A DNA stretch of 64,000 bases from Octopus vulgaris (Eukaryota), in the NCBI GenBank assembly GCA_951406725.2, contig OX597829.1, positions 15,252,001 through 15,316,000 of the forward strand, written 5' to 3'. The notes beneath the pieces were generated by a model. That model searched no databases, was not told the DNA's origin, and saw only the letters and a list, made by a program, of their open reading frames with translations. Made by a program: the position numbers and the translations under genes. This document shows positions 1-14,019 of the stretch, in pieces. Position 1 is the stretch's first letter. Each line of letters starts with the position of its first letter.

Positions 1-403
1 TTGTGGTGATGCTGCTGAGAAAGAATCCGAAAGCGGGGCGGGGATGGATGATCTTAAAAATTCAAATCCATAACTCTACTATTTCAAAGTTACCCATTTC
101 CCCCACAGGAAGACATCAGTCTTTAATTTTGTGCTTTTTATCAGCACAATTTTGGGGTGGGTGTGTCTTGATGTGGCATTTTTTGTGGCAACCTGCTGAT
201 ACTTTGCATGTGTTTTCTTTCTGTTGAGGTAGGTGCTGATAGTCGTGCAGGAATCGTAGATATGGATGATGTGGTTGTGGTTTATGTGCCTCGTTTAGTG
301 CAGGTGTCTACTCCTTGTTTTGAATTTGCTCGCAAGATGACCCACCTCCTTGCAAGATGATGTTTCCATATTGGAAAGACTCGATGCAGGAATGTATGTG
401 ACA

Positions 404-612
404 TGTCTAGAAAACAAGGTAATTTCTACTCTTCTCTGGAAGCCATCTGCTCGCGATACCAGAGGGCGCACACTCTCCTACCCTGATGTAATCTCCAGGG
501 ATACAGGCATTAAGCAACAGGACCTCCGTAATGCTATGATGGACCGTGAGGTCTGGCGTAACATAGTAAATTCCATTGTCTCGACCATAGTCGAACAATG
601 ATGATGATGTTA
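404..612 (+). mobile_element. RTE-clade LINE 3' end fragment
   Basis: Translation ISTLLWKPSARDTRGRTLSYPDVISRDTGIKQQDLRNAMMDREVWRNIV matches the typical RTE ORF C-terminus (..GR..Y.D.I..D....L...M.DR..W). It is followed by a (TGA)n tail. Confidence 0.8.
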
Positions 613-704
613 TGTGCAAGTGTTTGTCCATGTGTTTTGCTTGAAAGGTACGGGAGTGTAATGCAATGTAAATTAGATCGGATAGTTTCTTGAGTGGCGG
701 GATT

Positions 705-983
705 TTGTTCTGCTCTTGTGGGTGTCATCGTTGCTGTTGCTACTATTGCTGGGGTTGTTATTGTTCTTGTTGCTGCTGTTGCTGATGTCATTGTTGTTGT
801 TGGTGGTGGTGACAGTGGTGGCGGTAGTGGTGGTAATGATGATGGATGTGGAAACGGTAGGAATTGTGGTAATGATGGTAAAGGTGATGGTGATGATGGT
901 AATGGTAGGGGTAATAGCAGTGATGGTAATGGTGGTAATGTCGGTGCTGGTGGTGCTGGTGCTGGTGCTACTACTGGTACTAC
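705..983. repeat. Degenerate trinucleotide repeat (GTT/GGT/GAT)
   Basis: Cryptic 3-periodic G/T-rich simple sequence. Confidence 0.85.
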
Positions 984-1002
984 GGTATGCAGTTGCCGCT
1001 AA

Positions 1003-1232
1003 GGCGACGAGCTGGCAGAAACGTTAGCACGCCGGGCGAAATGCTTAGCGGTATTTCGTCTGCCGTTACGTTCTGAGTTCAAATTCCGCCGAGGTCGACT
1101 TTGCCATTCATCCTTTCTGGGTCGATAAATCAAGTAACAGTTACGCACTGAGTCGATATAATCGACTTCATACCTATGTCTGTCCTTGTTTGTCCCCTCT
1201 ATGTTTAGCCCCTTGTGGGTAATAAAGAAATA
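1003..1232 (+). mobile_element. tRNA-derived SINE family A, with about 22-bp TSD
   Basis: Head GAGCTGGCAGAAACG with B-box GTTCAAATTCC; body GCCTTTCATCCTTTCGGGGTCGAT; 3' end AAAGAAATA. Flanked by ggtatgcagttgc(c/t)g(c/t)taagg at 984 and 1233. Confidence 0.92.
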
Positions 1233-1680
1233 GGTATGCAGTTGCTGTTAAGGCCATGATGTCGGCAGTAGTTGGGACCTCGTCTCTTTTGCGCTCTATA
1301 TTATAGACAGAAATCTCTGAAGTGGCCGTTTGTACTATGAATTATAACACGCAGTTCCGCATCACTGAGCAGGCGGATGAAGTCTGGGATCTCTTCCCCT
1401 CCTCTGGTTTGATCTGGTTGACGATCTTCACTGTGGTCCCACTTAAAACCCCTTCTAAGTGTCGTTTCACAACGAAGAATGTGTCTGTACCTTCTAAAAT
1501 GACAACTACCAGATATCCAATACAGATAGAACTCTATCTTGACGTGACAGGTCTTTCTCTCTAAATAAGTCAGGTCTCCTTGTCTAGTATAAGCGCTAAG
1601 GAGAGCTTCAATGCGAGTGCTTCGCTCCTAAAGGGACCTGCATTCTCCCAAACTGCCTTGCCGTAGTGATATGGTTCCAC

Positions 1681-1825
1681 GGCGAGCTGGCAGAATCGTT
1701 AGCACGCCGGGCGAAATGTGTAGCCGTATTTCGTCTGCCGTTACGTTCTGAGTTCAAATTCCGCCGAGGTCGACTTTGCTTTTCATCTTTTCGGGGTCGA
1801 TTAAATAAGTACCAGTTACGCACTG
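1681..1825 (+). mobile_element. SINE family A, 3'-truncated, fused to an inverted copy
   Basis: Same head and body as 1003-1232; stops at accagttacgcactgg. Confidence 0.9.
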
Positions 1826-2139
1826 GTACTTAATTTATCGACCCCGAAAGGATGGAAGGCATAGTCGACATCGGCGGAATTTGAACCCAGATCGTAGACA
1901 GACAAAATACCTATTTCTTTACTACCCACAAGGGGCTAAACACAGAGAGGACAAACAAGGATAGACAAACGGATTAAGTCGATTCTATCGACCACAGTGC
2001 GTAATTGATACTTATTTAATCGACCCCGAAATGATGAAAGGCAAAGTCGACCTCGGCGGAATTTGAACTCAGAACGTAACGGCAGACGAAATACTGCTAA
2101 GCATTTCGTCCGGCTTGCTAACGTTTCTGCCAGCTCGAC
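1823..2139 (-). mobile_element. SINE family A, tandem dimer (minus strand)
   Basis: Reverse complement of a full unit plus a partial headless second unit. Confidence 0.9.
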
Positions 2140-2234
2140 GAGTTGATTATGTTACCACAACGCGATTGTTCACTCGTAGATTGTCCTCCATCACTTAATT
2201 TGGCGTCGCCGTCATTTTTGTTCTTGCTTCTGCT

Positions 2235-3065
2235 ATTGATGAGGTTGTTCTGTTACTGGTGGTAGTTGTGGTGGTGGTGCTGTTGTTGTTTTTGTTGCTG
2301 CTGCTGTTGTTGTTGTTATTTGTGGAGGTGGAGGTGGTGATGTTGTTGTAGCTGTTGTTGTTGTTGTTATTGTTTCTGTTGTTACTTGTGGAGGTGGTGG
2401 TAGTGGTGGTGATGTTGTTGTGGTGGTTGTGGTTCTGTCTCTGATACAGTTGTTTTTGCTATTGTTGTCATTTTTCACAGTTGTTGCTGTTGTTGCTATT
2501 GATGCCGTTGCTGTTGTTGTTGTTGTTGTTGCTCTTGTTCTTGGTGTTGTCCTTGCCTGTTTTGGTGGTGGTGGTGGCGGCGGTGGTAGTGTTGGTAGTC
2601 TCTTTGATGCGGTTGGTGTTGTCATTATTGTGGCCGCAGTTTTGTGCAGATGTCGCTGTTGTTGTTACTATCGCTTTCAGCTGTTGCTGTTGTTGCTGTT
2701 GCAGTTTGCTGCTGTCTTTGTTGATACTGTTATTCTTCTGGGAGGGGGGGGACTTTTTCTTGTTGATTTTATTACTGTAGTTTTTGCTGCTGCTGCTACT
2801 GAAACGGCTGCTGCTGCTGCTGGTGGATATCACGCTCTCGAAGCTGCTGTTTGTTCTTCCGTTCTTGCTCTTGGTGTTATTGTCGCTGCTGATGATGATG
2901 CTGATGATGATGCTGATGATGCTGCTGATGCTTCTGCTGCTGGAAGTTATTTATGCAGTTGTCGTTGTTGCTGCTGTATATGCTGCTGTTGTCGCTGCTG
3001 CTACTGCTGCTGCTGTTGCTGCTACTGCTGCTGCTGTTGTCTGCTTTGCAGTCAGATGTCACTGA
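2235..3065. repeat. Compound degenerate trinucleotide tract (GTT/GGT/GCT/GAT)
   Basis: Long 3-periodic low-complexity tract that produces poly-V/L/C/T ORFs. Confidence 0.85.
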
Positions 3066-3139
3066 CGCAGTAGTAACGCTACTAATCTCGCCCCACCCTC
3101 ACCCTCCTTCATAACATCATTGTTACGCTCTGCCAACTA

Positions 3140-3185
<46 letters not shown>

Positions 3186-3477
3186 TATGTACTTCTCAAA
3201 CACGACTGACTCCATCAACAAAATTGATGAAAAGCACAAATTTTCCAATCGATATAAAATTTATATCAGCAAGTCCCACGAGAAATGGGGGACTTTAAAC
3301 AAAAAAAAGAAAAGCAACTCACCAGCAGATAGCACGTCATTTCTTCTTCACAATTAAACAAAAAAACTGAAACGAAAAACAACTCTTCCCAACGTAAACA
3401 GCATAGTTTGTAAACAAAATTTATAGAGCCGATGTCAAGCGTGGCTTGTCCGGCTAACAGCCATCATAGTAATTAGA

Positions 3478-3870
<393 letters not shown>

Positions 3871-4440
3871 GGGGGCGGTGGTGGTGTAATAGTTGTATGT
3901 GGATATTGTAGAGAATAAGGAGAAGGAAGAGGAGGGATAGATGTTTGCCTCTTTACAACAATGGCATTGCAAACAAAAATTAGAAAAAAAAACCATCGCA
4001 ATACACTGGCAAAGGTAAACATTTCAGGTCAATCTCATACGGAAAATTAAACGACAAAATAATATAAAGCATAGGTAAGAGCGCGTGTCTGGGAGAGAGG
4101 GAGGAAAGAAAGAGAGAGAGTGTGTGTGCGTACATGCGTTCGTGCGTTCGTGCGTGCGTGTGTGTGAGAAGTATAACATATGCAAGGTTCCAAAAAGGCT
4201 GAAAAGAACAGCACTGGGACAATTCTGTACGGCAAACTCCAATAAGTCTCCACTGCTAACCACTTCTCTGGTGTTATAGGAAGCCAATTCCCCAAGCAAA
4301 CAACAGTAAGACCCTTTTTTTCTTTTCCTCCACTTAAATTCGTGATTCTTACCAAGATATACTAAAACCTACTACTGCTCAATACTTGACCATGTTGATC
4401 ACTTACCCCATCAATTGATCCTTAAACAATTATATGTGTT

Positions 4441-4668
4441 TCTTTATTACCCACAAGGGGCTGAACATATAGGGAACAAGCAAGGACAGACAAATGGATT
4501 AAGTCGATTACATCGACCCTAGTGCGTAACTGGTACTTAATTTATCGACCCCGAAAGGATGAAAGGCAAAGTCGACCTCGGCGGAATTTGAACTCAGAAC
4601 GTAACGGCAGACGAAAAACCGCTACGTATTTCGCCCGGCGTGCTAACGTTTCTGCCAGCTCGACGCCT
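4441..4668 (-). mobile_element. SINE family A, with 11-bp TSD
   Basis: Full reverse-complement copy; caattatatgt at 4427 and 4670. Confidence 0.92.
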
Positions 4669-5589
4669 TCAATTATATGTACCAAATTGTACCCATGACC
4701 ATCTCTCTTTTCTTCTTTTATATTCATATCCAGAAATGTTTTATTGAATGTGTTAACACATTTTTAAGACACTACAGTGTAAACTGAAGATCTGTATCAT
4801 TTAACAGGCAATCTAGCTACGTCCATCTTGAATGGATTTTTTTAATATATACATATCCAAGATATGATGCAGTCATTATACATTTTTTACAATAAATCTT
4901 GGGGAATTCGTTGCTATTTCTAATCGGTTGACTGTCCACGAATACAAGGGCAACAGGAAGACGAAACACGATACGCTCGATACATACTAGATCTTATTTC
5001 GACCTTATATTCGCATCTTCCTCTCGCCATCAGACAAATGAACACCTTTAGAAAATTAGTAAAGCTGAAAAGACACAGGATCTGATAAAATTATAAATAC
5101 ACCTAGGTTTTATAGCATAAGACTGTAATACTCTAATACAGCTAAATAATATAAAACACCTAAATATTATAACCATTATACTATAAAACACCTAAATTAT
5201 AATACACCAAAGTCTATTACACACTTAGAGTCCAAAATTTATTACATTCGCTAAAAATGATGATAGAACTAATAGACATAATGTAGTGTTTATGCCATTA
5301 TTGCTTCTTGATGTTGTCAGTGTACACGTTATATGTTTCTTTCTGTTGTATTTATGTTGTTTTTTTTATATGGTATTAAAAAAAACACCAATTTTGCTTC
5401 TTGATTCGCCTACACTTTTATGATGTACTCAACAAATATCATCTCCATCATTCCTTGTTCCTGATCACATTTGCCCAACACAGAAACACAAATAGTCGTA
5501 GGAAAATTCTCCTCTGATCATTGTAGCCAGTCTTTATGGCAGACGAAAATAATTATCGCTAGCACTAGCGGCTATCCTTATATATTTAA

Positions 5590-5898
5590 GTATTTTATTT
5601 GAGGTTATTTTTAAGTACCGTATGCTGGTACATTGTTTGGTTGGTACATTGTTTATTATTTAAGTATTTGGACGTTTCAAATTCCATTTTTTTCTGTGCT
5701 TGTGAGTTTCGTTTTTATGTTGTTGAATTTTAATAAGTGGTTATATTTTACATTCTTTGGTAGTATTTGTGTTAAGGACTGAGACATCGGATTCATACTT
5801 TAAGTCTGTTGTTTCTGGAGACAGGTAAGTTGGGTGGGTTATATAGGTTTGGATCAGTTAGTCGTGCAAGTATATGGGAGAAGGTATGTGATGTTGGA

Positions 5899-5900
<2 letters not shown>
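5590..5900 (-). mobile_element. Possible Penelope-like element C-terminal remnant
   Basis: Frameshifted minus-strand peptides SKPI*PTQLTCL and LKYESDVSVLNTNTTKECKN weakly resemble the PLE C-terminal KPY..C.LC..E...LN...C motif. Confidence 0.3.
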
Positions 5901-5925
<25 letters not shown>

Positions 5926-5931
<6 letters not shown>

Positions 5932-6115
5932 CAAAATAAGCAACAAGTATATCTTCGGTAATTTGGTACGAGTGTTTCATGTTACTTCATTATCGTACCA
6001 AATTGAAGATATCCTTGTTGCTTATTTTGATTATAATCACCCCATGGATTTACTTGGATAATACCATACAAAATTCTGGCGCCTCTAACTTAAGTACCAT
6101 ATTCATTTGAATCTA
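5926..6115. mobile_element. Penelope-like terminal fragment with inverted duplication
   Basis: Inverted arms at 5926-5971 and 5993-6035; 3' part homologous to 18630-18740; abuts (TA)n. Confidence 0.6.
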
Positions 6116-6121
6116 TATATC

Positions 6122-6183
<62 letters not shown>

Positions 6184-6399
6184 ATGAAAGCATCTCAGAC
6201 TATCTTTTTACATGCCTGTAAAATGCTATCTGAGATGCTTTCATCATATGAACCTAATAGCAACACATAAGCACATATATTTCTGTGCTAAATAATATTT
6301 ACCTCTCACCAGATGGAGCACTATTTTTGTTGATCTTACCACCACGGAACAGTAATATACATACATACGGTGTGTGTCTGTGAGACAGTGTTTGAAGAG

Positions 6400-7900
6400 A
6401 AATTCCCTTTCTTGCGTGCCATCTCTTTGCATCTTCCCGTTTATGTGGATAGCACTGCAGTTCTGATCATATTTGTCTTTTATAAAGAGTTTGTAATTGA
6501 TTAAAAGTGAATGCAATTCCTGGAAAATTGTATGTGGAGCCACCATAACAGATCATCAGAAATTAGGAAACGTACAATCTTGAGGAGTTTGGCTGTGTTG
6601 CTCATAAGTGAAATGCGAAGTGTTATTCTCATTATGAGAAATGTTTTTCGATTGAAACGTACAAAGTTAGCATGTCCGTCACTGAAGGGTGGCGTTCCAT
6701 GAAGTAAATATTTGTCTTCTATGACATACTGTGGACTGAACGCGGTATCATCTAAGTAGAAATAAGAGTTGTTAGCAAAATAGAGAAGATGGTGTGTGAG
6801 AAAGATTACCGAGATTTGGAGTAGTCCAACACAGAGTAGAGAATGTGTACTGAAGGTTTATGCTGCAATAAAAAGGCATGAAAGAATGGTTCCAATAATA
6901 AAATGGGAAGCGAATGGAGACTTTATGTGGGAAATTTATTTATGTGATTCTTATGTTAAGCACAGCTAAAGAATTCTTCTGCTGGCAATCCTGAGATTCT
7001 CAAGAAAGAGAAACCAGTGGTATTGGACGGAACAGAATAAGATTTAAGGTAATCAGAGAGAAGGAGAGAAGGAGATCCAATGCCATAAAGGATGTAAATT
7101 TTAGCAAATAATTCAATCAGTTTTGATATAACGCAAGAGTGTACAGTTTGTCAGGATTTGGCTGGGTGAAAGAAATTGATTCTTACAGGGTTTAGGATGT
7201 ATCGTAGCATGTTTCCAAAGATTGGCGTATGCAATAGGAGAGTAGAGATAAAAAGGGAGGGGAGAATGAGAGAAGAAAGTGGGAGAGAGGGAGAGAGAGC
7301 TACAAATCTGATGACGATAGCAGCTAATTCGAATGATAATTGTTTTAAGACGCCATAATGACGGGCTACTTTTTAAACTACAATGACCAGAAGAGATTTG
7401 GCACGTAAAATTTTGTGTCCCTTAAAGTTAAACAAGAATCAGAAAAAGAGAATGATGAAGGTGAGTTTTATTGACTGTGTACATCATAAAACTGGGAACT
7501 TTATGAGTTGAAGTGTTGCAAAATAGCCATAATGGTGATGGAAGGATTCTGCAGATTTGCTGGATATCCTTCGACCAAAGCATCAAATATCTGGCTAATG
7601 TAATCTATTGCTATTCTTGCTAATAGCTTTGCGGTGGTTGTTAAAAGCATGGCATTTAGTGGTTTTAACCTTCTAAGAATTTTAGGCCGTTTTTTATTTA
7701 CCTTTCAGCAGTTGGACATGTGCAATTGATGTATTTGGTAGCTTATATGACTTGGCTTTGATATGTGCCAAGGAGAACGAATTCAATAACCAGCTTAGAT
7801 GTGTCGTCTTAAATGGGTCACATACACTGCCTTACACCGATGATATAAAACTGATGTAACTTCGACAAATTGGCTTATTTGAAATACTAGATGATCTTGG
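6400..7900 (-). pseudogene. Highly decayed CR1/L2-type LINE reverse transcriptase
   Basis: Minus-strand VGLLQISVIFL (GVPQGSVL-like, about 6800-6830) followed by HLLYFANNSYFYLDDTA (YADDT-like, about 6741-6790). Many stops; boundaries approximate. Confidence 0.55.
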
Positions 7901-9029
7901 AGGGACGATCGTCTGGTAGGAAGATTTGTAGGTAGGGTGATCACTAGGTAGGAGGATATTTTGTATGGTTAGAATTTGATTTTTTGTCAATTTAAGTTTT
8001 ACATTCAAATCTTACAAAAGTCTTTCTCAATCCAAGAACGAAAGAATTTAAAAGTAACAATCAGATTGACGCCTTTTTTTGCTCTTGTTGTTGATCCAAG
8101 CCTAGAAGTTTCCGGTAATCAAAAGCGTTCCAGGTATGATTATACCGTGTAAAATAATACGGTTGAGATTTGAGTGGAGGGTTGATGCTAATTATCGCTG
8201 ACTGAGTGACCGCGCGAAATGTTCCCTGTTGTTGTGCTGTTGTCGTTGTTGCTGTTTATGCACCCAGGCCAGTCAACCCTAAAAGATCAGAACTAAGATA
8301 AAACAGCGTTTCATCCTGACCACCCCACCTTTTGTTTTATTTCCACCTTGTTTGATTCACCCATGTATTGCATTGACCAGAGTGTCCTTTTTAAATCAAA
8401 TTACACGTATGGTATTATAGAAATATTGGGGCTATTTCCAGCCGATAACGAGATTGAATACAGGTCCTTGCTCTTTCTCTCTCACATTCGCTCTCTCTTT
8501 CTCCCCCCCTCTCTCTCTCTCTTCATCTATTTATATACTTTTGTGTTTGTGAGTTTGTGTATATATGTGAGTTTACGTGTATGTGTGTGAGCTTGTTTCT
8601 GTGCAAGTATTTTAATATATATTTCTTTTATTTGTTGCAATATACGTTAATGGTTTCTATTTAAACACTGTTTGCTGTTTATATACAAAGCATAGATATG
8701 TTACTATATTTCCGCACAGAATTGGAATAATTCTGAACGCTCTTCGTCAGCTCCAAACAGAGTGATACTAACTTAATGTGTCGAAATGATGAAGATATCC
8801 GATTGGCAGCTGATGAGGGAATTCTTCACATCCTAATTCTTTCTTTACATGTACATAGGATGTCAATGGATCTCATCCATTATCATTTATTGGAATTATG
8901 CGAATTAGTTAGCGGTCAACCATGGCGTTCTGCACTAGAATCATATCTTTTTCTAAATACTTATAATTTATGAGTACCGTAGCGTCATTATAGAACAAAT
9001 ATGAATATATATTATTTTACACATTCCAA

Positions 9030-9600
9030 CCATAGGGATACCGCCAGGCTGGACACTTCTTTGAAGAATTTAGTCCCACTTCGTATTTATTTTTTAAGTC
9101 TTATATTTATTCCAACGTCTTCTTTTGCCGAGCAGCTAAATTAATGGAACGTAAACAAGCTCGCATCGGCTGTCTTGACGTGCAGAGACAACGACTAAAG
9201 CCCGTACACATGCACACACACAATCACATCTACACAAACGCACATATATACACACACACACAATACATGTGCGAGTGTGTGTGTGTGTGCGTAAGATGAA
9301 AATGAAGATATCAAATTCAAACACATCACATGTATACATATATACATTTGCATATATATGTGTGTATGCATGTGTGTGTATGTGTGTGAATGTATCTATA
9401 TATACATACATATATATATATATACACACACACACATACACATATATATTTACACCGGATCGCCACACAGTTTCTGTCTACCAGATTCACTCACAAGTCA
9501 TTGGTTTGTTGTTTGGTTGATTGGATGGTTGGACTGGGGGTATAATGGAAGACACTTGCCCTGGGTACAGCAGCAGTGGGACTGTACCCGAAGCCATGTC
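9030..9600 (-). mobile_element. SINE family B, old degenerate copy with internal microsatellite
   Basis: Remnants cttttgccgagcagctaa, tttctgtctaccagattcactcacaag and gaagacacttgccc. Confidence 0.65.
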
Positions 9601-10590
9601 TTTCTCTCTTTCTCATCTTCTTATTCTCTTTCTTTCTCGTAAGTCCTGGAGGTGGTGCAGTGGAGATTCAATCAATTCTACCTCTATCTCTTCACCTACT
9701 CATCCTCATCTTATTAGAAATGTGTGACTTTATTAAACATCAGTGTGAAAAATCAATATTGATTAGACTGAGTTCCAGTTTATTTTTGGTTGCTTGTTTT
9801 CGTTTTATTTTAATGCGTGTGTATATGTGTGTGTGTGTGTGTGTGTATGTATACGGTTGTCTGTATGTGTATGTCTGTCTGTATATATTTTTTCTCTGTA
9901 TGCCTAAATCAGCTTGTGTATGTCTGTGGGTGAGAATGTGTGCACGTTTGTATATGCGTGTGCATTTTTTCAATTCTGCATATATGTGTGTGTTTATAAC
10001 TGCATACATTTCTTATGGGTGCGTATGTCTTTGTGCTTCAAATGTGTGTGTATTTTTTGTGCGCGTGCGTGGGTCTGTTTGTTGTATAATGGTGTAAGTG
10101 TATGTCAATATGTGTCTATAATTGGTTTTATTTCTGCATGCGCATGTTCGAGTGAGCTTACGCACATGTCTATAGCTGCGCATATCTTTGTATTTTTGTA
10201 TGTATTTATTTGTATGGTTCTGCATGTGCATGTCATGTGTATATGAACGTGTTGCGCCTGTATCAGTATGTTGTATGTATCAGCGCGTATGTGCTTGGGC
10301 AAGTAGTAATTCAAATCCTCTACTGAAATATCACAGAAAAATATTCATCAACGTAATTATATAACCATTCAAGATCCTTTGGAACTTGAACCTCTGTTCA
10401 CCTGTATAACCAACATCCTCCAGTCAACGGATTAGCTAAGTTACGTTAAATAATGAGGTCACATGACTATCTAGTTGAGTCACATCACATTTAAGAATTG
10501 CAGTGCAACGGCAACACGCTAGTTATATTCAGCCCTTCTTTTGATAATTCGTTTGACAGATGCCGTATGCTTATACTCAGACGTATAGTA

Positions 10591-11035
10591 CGAAGAGGTG
10601 CTGAAAAAGTCCTAGATTTGGGTAAAAGGAAATACAGGAAGAGCTGGCAGAAACGTTAGCACGCAGGGCGAAATGCTTAGCAGTATTTCGTCTGTCGCTA
10701 CGTTCGAATTCCGCCGAGGTCGACTTTACGTTTCATCCTTTCGGGGTCGATTAAATAAGTACCAGTTACGCACTGGGGTAGATATAATCGACTTAATCCG
10801 TTTGTCTGTCCTTGTTTGTCCCCTCTGTGTTTAGTCCCTTGTGGGTAGTAAAGAAATAGGAAATACAGGAAGATGGATCAGTTAATTATGATTTTATTCA
10901 ATATATCCCCCGTTTCAGATTCACCCACTTATGGCAGCGGTCATTCAGTTTTTCTAAGCTTTGTGAAAGAGCTTGGAAGATTGGGCTTCAAGCCACGCCT
11001 TTCACAATACCCTTAAACCCGTGAACTTATTCCAC
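10591..11035. mobile_element. Mariner-derived MITE interrupted by a SINE A
   Basis: TA then TIR-like cgaagaggtgctgaaaaagtcct; internal sequence shared with the copies at 13092, 13728 and 45878. Confidence 0.75.
10641..10858 (+). mobile_element. SINE family A nested in the MITE, 16-bp TSD
   Basis: aggaaatacaggaaga at 10627-10642 and 10858-10873. Confidence 0.92.
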
Positions 11036-12197
11036 TGGCCTTTTTTGCTGACCCCTTCCTAACTTGGCAGGGATTAGTTTTCAAGGTCATATGTTATTGT
11101 AGATACCTGTTGCATATGTAATTCCCTCACACAAACCATCTTCAAAGGACTAGCTATCTTGCATATCCCCCACCCAAACATTTCTGCTTGGGCTTGTAGT
11201 GCCATCTGGGCACCGCATCACCATTATCTATGTCTCACACTTGCTTCTGATTATTTTTCTCTCCACTCTTTCTTTCTCCAACTAAATGCAGTTTCTTCCT
11301 TCAAGAGTCTGCTCTCTCTTATAGCAATCTACTTGTTCCCTAGCATGACGCTAATACTCTCCCCCCCCCCCACTTCTCCCAGTCCTCTGAACTGCATGGT
11401 GACCTCAACAGACTAGGTGGCATGAATAACAACCCAGTTCTCACAGTAAAGTGGTTGGTGCACTGTGGTAATTCTGATATCTGTATGCGAAATGTCTGAT
11501 TCTCTGTCCAATTCACACACACATACACATACACCCTATCACCAGATAAAAATCCTCCAATATAGTTAATTTGCTTTCATTATTTACAATTTAACCATGA
11601 ACTGATGGAAATCTATAATATAATTAATTCGTTTTCATTATTTACAGTTTTAATATGCACAAAGAATTTTATTCAATTTGCTGACTACGCATATGTATTT
11701 TCAGCTCTGAAGGTGTTTTACACAATCGATTACAGGTTGCACACATCGGACTTACATTACTTCGAGCGGTGTGAGCATGAAGATGGCTAGTTAAGCCAGT
11801 ATGGCGCAAAATCACGAGTGGTGGGGTCGGGGGGAACAGAGTATATTTAATCTTAAAAGAACAATAATCAAGTGTTCAATTCAGAATTCCAGGGAACATG
11901 TGCCTTACAAATGTACACACGGCATACATCTGTGTGTGTGAATGTACATGTATGAGCGTGTGTGCGCGTGTGTGCGTGCGTAGGTTGTATGTATGAGTAT
12001 GCATGTATGTATATACAATAACTTTCATTCCTTTAACCTTTCTTTTTCTTAAAACATGTACAGATCTTTCGTTATTTAATCTTTTACATCATGGTTGCCA
12101 TTACATGTTCGATATGATTTCTTCAAATTTCTTTGATGACGTCTTACATATAGAGTTACATCATAATAATCATGGTTGTTATAGAATGAGTATTATA

Positions 12198-12490
12198 GAC
12201 TGAGTGTATATAAACCAGTCTCTGACTGGGCTTTTAAACTAACAAGATTATAGGATATTCTGATTAACTCTAAATTTACTAGCAATGACGTAGTGTCCTC
12301 TGACTTAATATATATAAACCGAAAAGATTATTAAATAACTATGATTATCTAAAAACAGGTAATGAAATGTCTATAACTGAGTGTTTATAAAACAAAGGCG
12401 TTACAAAATGTCTCTGAATGGGTGTGTATCAACCATCAAGGTTATATATCTCTGACTTGAAGTATACAAACTAACGAGTCGATAGAATTA
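12198..12490. repeat. Degenerate minisatellite, unit about 39-40 bp
   Basis: Recurring tctctgactgagtgtatataaacc-like units at about 12198, 12219, 12297, 12369, 12410 and 12449. Confidence 0.6.
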
Positions 12491-13091
12491 TCATAAAATA
12501 GCGATATTCGAGCGATAATATTCCAAATTCTAGAATTTTCACAGCCGTTGACTACCGTTTTTGTTCTTCTTTTAGTAGTTGATTATTTAAGGCCAATTGA
12601 ATCTTAACATTTATAGGTACAATTATGGCATCGCTTTTCAACACATTCTACCAATTTTTTCTTTCAAATGGATAATGCTCATTTAAAGATAAGTGTCTTG
12701 GGAATTCATAAGCAGCTGACATTTATTACAAAATTGTTTTTCAAATACTTACACAGTTCCACCTACATGGAATATTTCTTGAACATGAGCGAGGTATATT
12801 CGGTCAATTCAATGTACTATTATTTGCAATTCATACAACGTTGATTTCTCGTCATTTACTTCATCTCATTTTTCAGTCCCATTGTGATAAGAAACCTTGC
12901 GACAAAGTATTCTTCCAAGTAATGCCAAAGCCATATGAAGTCTGACAAATCTGTGGACCTTGTCCAGTTGCACGGCCAGCTTTTCACGTTGAACTACTTA
13001 TCCTCTTAGATAACCATGGTGAGTAAAATTGCATTGTACAGTATGTTACAATAACAACGCCACCGTTACATGAATATTTCTATGAACATTC

Positions 13092-13305
13092 ATGAATGCT
13101 GTTCCATGAAGTTCCTGGTTTTGGGTACACGAAAATACAGGATGGGCAATTATGATCTTAATCAACACATTCCCTTCTCAGATTCATATTCTTATCGCAG
13201 TTGTCCCTCAGTTTTTCTGAGCCCTGTAAAAGAACTTGGAAGTTTGGGAACCCAACCATGTTTTTCACAATACCCTTAAAGCCAGATACTTTCCAGAATA
13301 TCATC

Positions 13306-13306
<1 letters not shown>
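13092..13306. mobile_element. Mariner-derived MITE copy
   Basis: Homologous to 13728-13935; degenerate TIRs; ends at cgTA. Confidence 0.7.
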
Positions 13307-13722
<416 letters not shown>

Positions 13723-13727
13723 TTAAA

Positions 13728-13935
13728 CCAGGGGTGCTGAGAAGTTCCTGGCTTTGGCTAAAAGGAAATACAGGAGGAAGAGTTAATTATGAATTTATTC
13801 AATATATCCTACTTTCAGATTCACACACTTATTGCAACAGTCCTTCAGTTTTTCTATGCCGTGTAAAAGAATTCGAATGCCTGAGCCTCCAACCAGGCCT
13901 TTAGTGATAGCGAGGAACTCCCCAGCACGCTCTTG
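13728..13935. mobile_element. Mariner-derived MITE copy
   Basis: TIRs ggggtgctgagaagttcct and aggaactccccagcacgc; the minus strand encodes GIEKLKDCCNKCVNLKVGYIE*, a mariner transposase C-terminus. Confidence 0.8.
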
Positions 13936-14019
13936 TATAGAGGGTGTTACATAATGATGGGATACATTTTAAACGCAATTGGAACAAGCATATCTATTGT
14001 AAACACGATCAAGGTGGTG

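Noticed and set aside
1343-1493. Minus-strand open segment ending SSACSVMRNCVL* as a terminal exon
   Set aside because: Two frames are open, the acceptor is weak, the ending is not a true CaaX and there is no recognisable homology.
8695-8830. CTGACGA (minus) and CTGATGA (plus) as possible hammerhead cores
   Set aside because: Stem I and the base of stem II do not pair, and the plus-strand motif has no downstream GAAA-NUH.
11705-11770. Plus-strand exon candidate after tattttcag
   Set aside because: Short, with an ambiguous frame and donor, and no support from homology.
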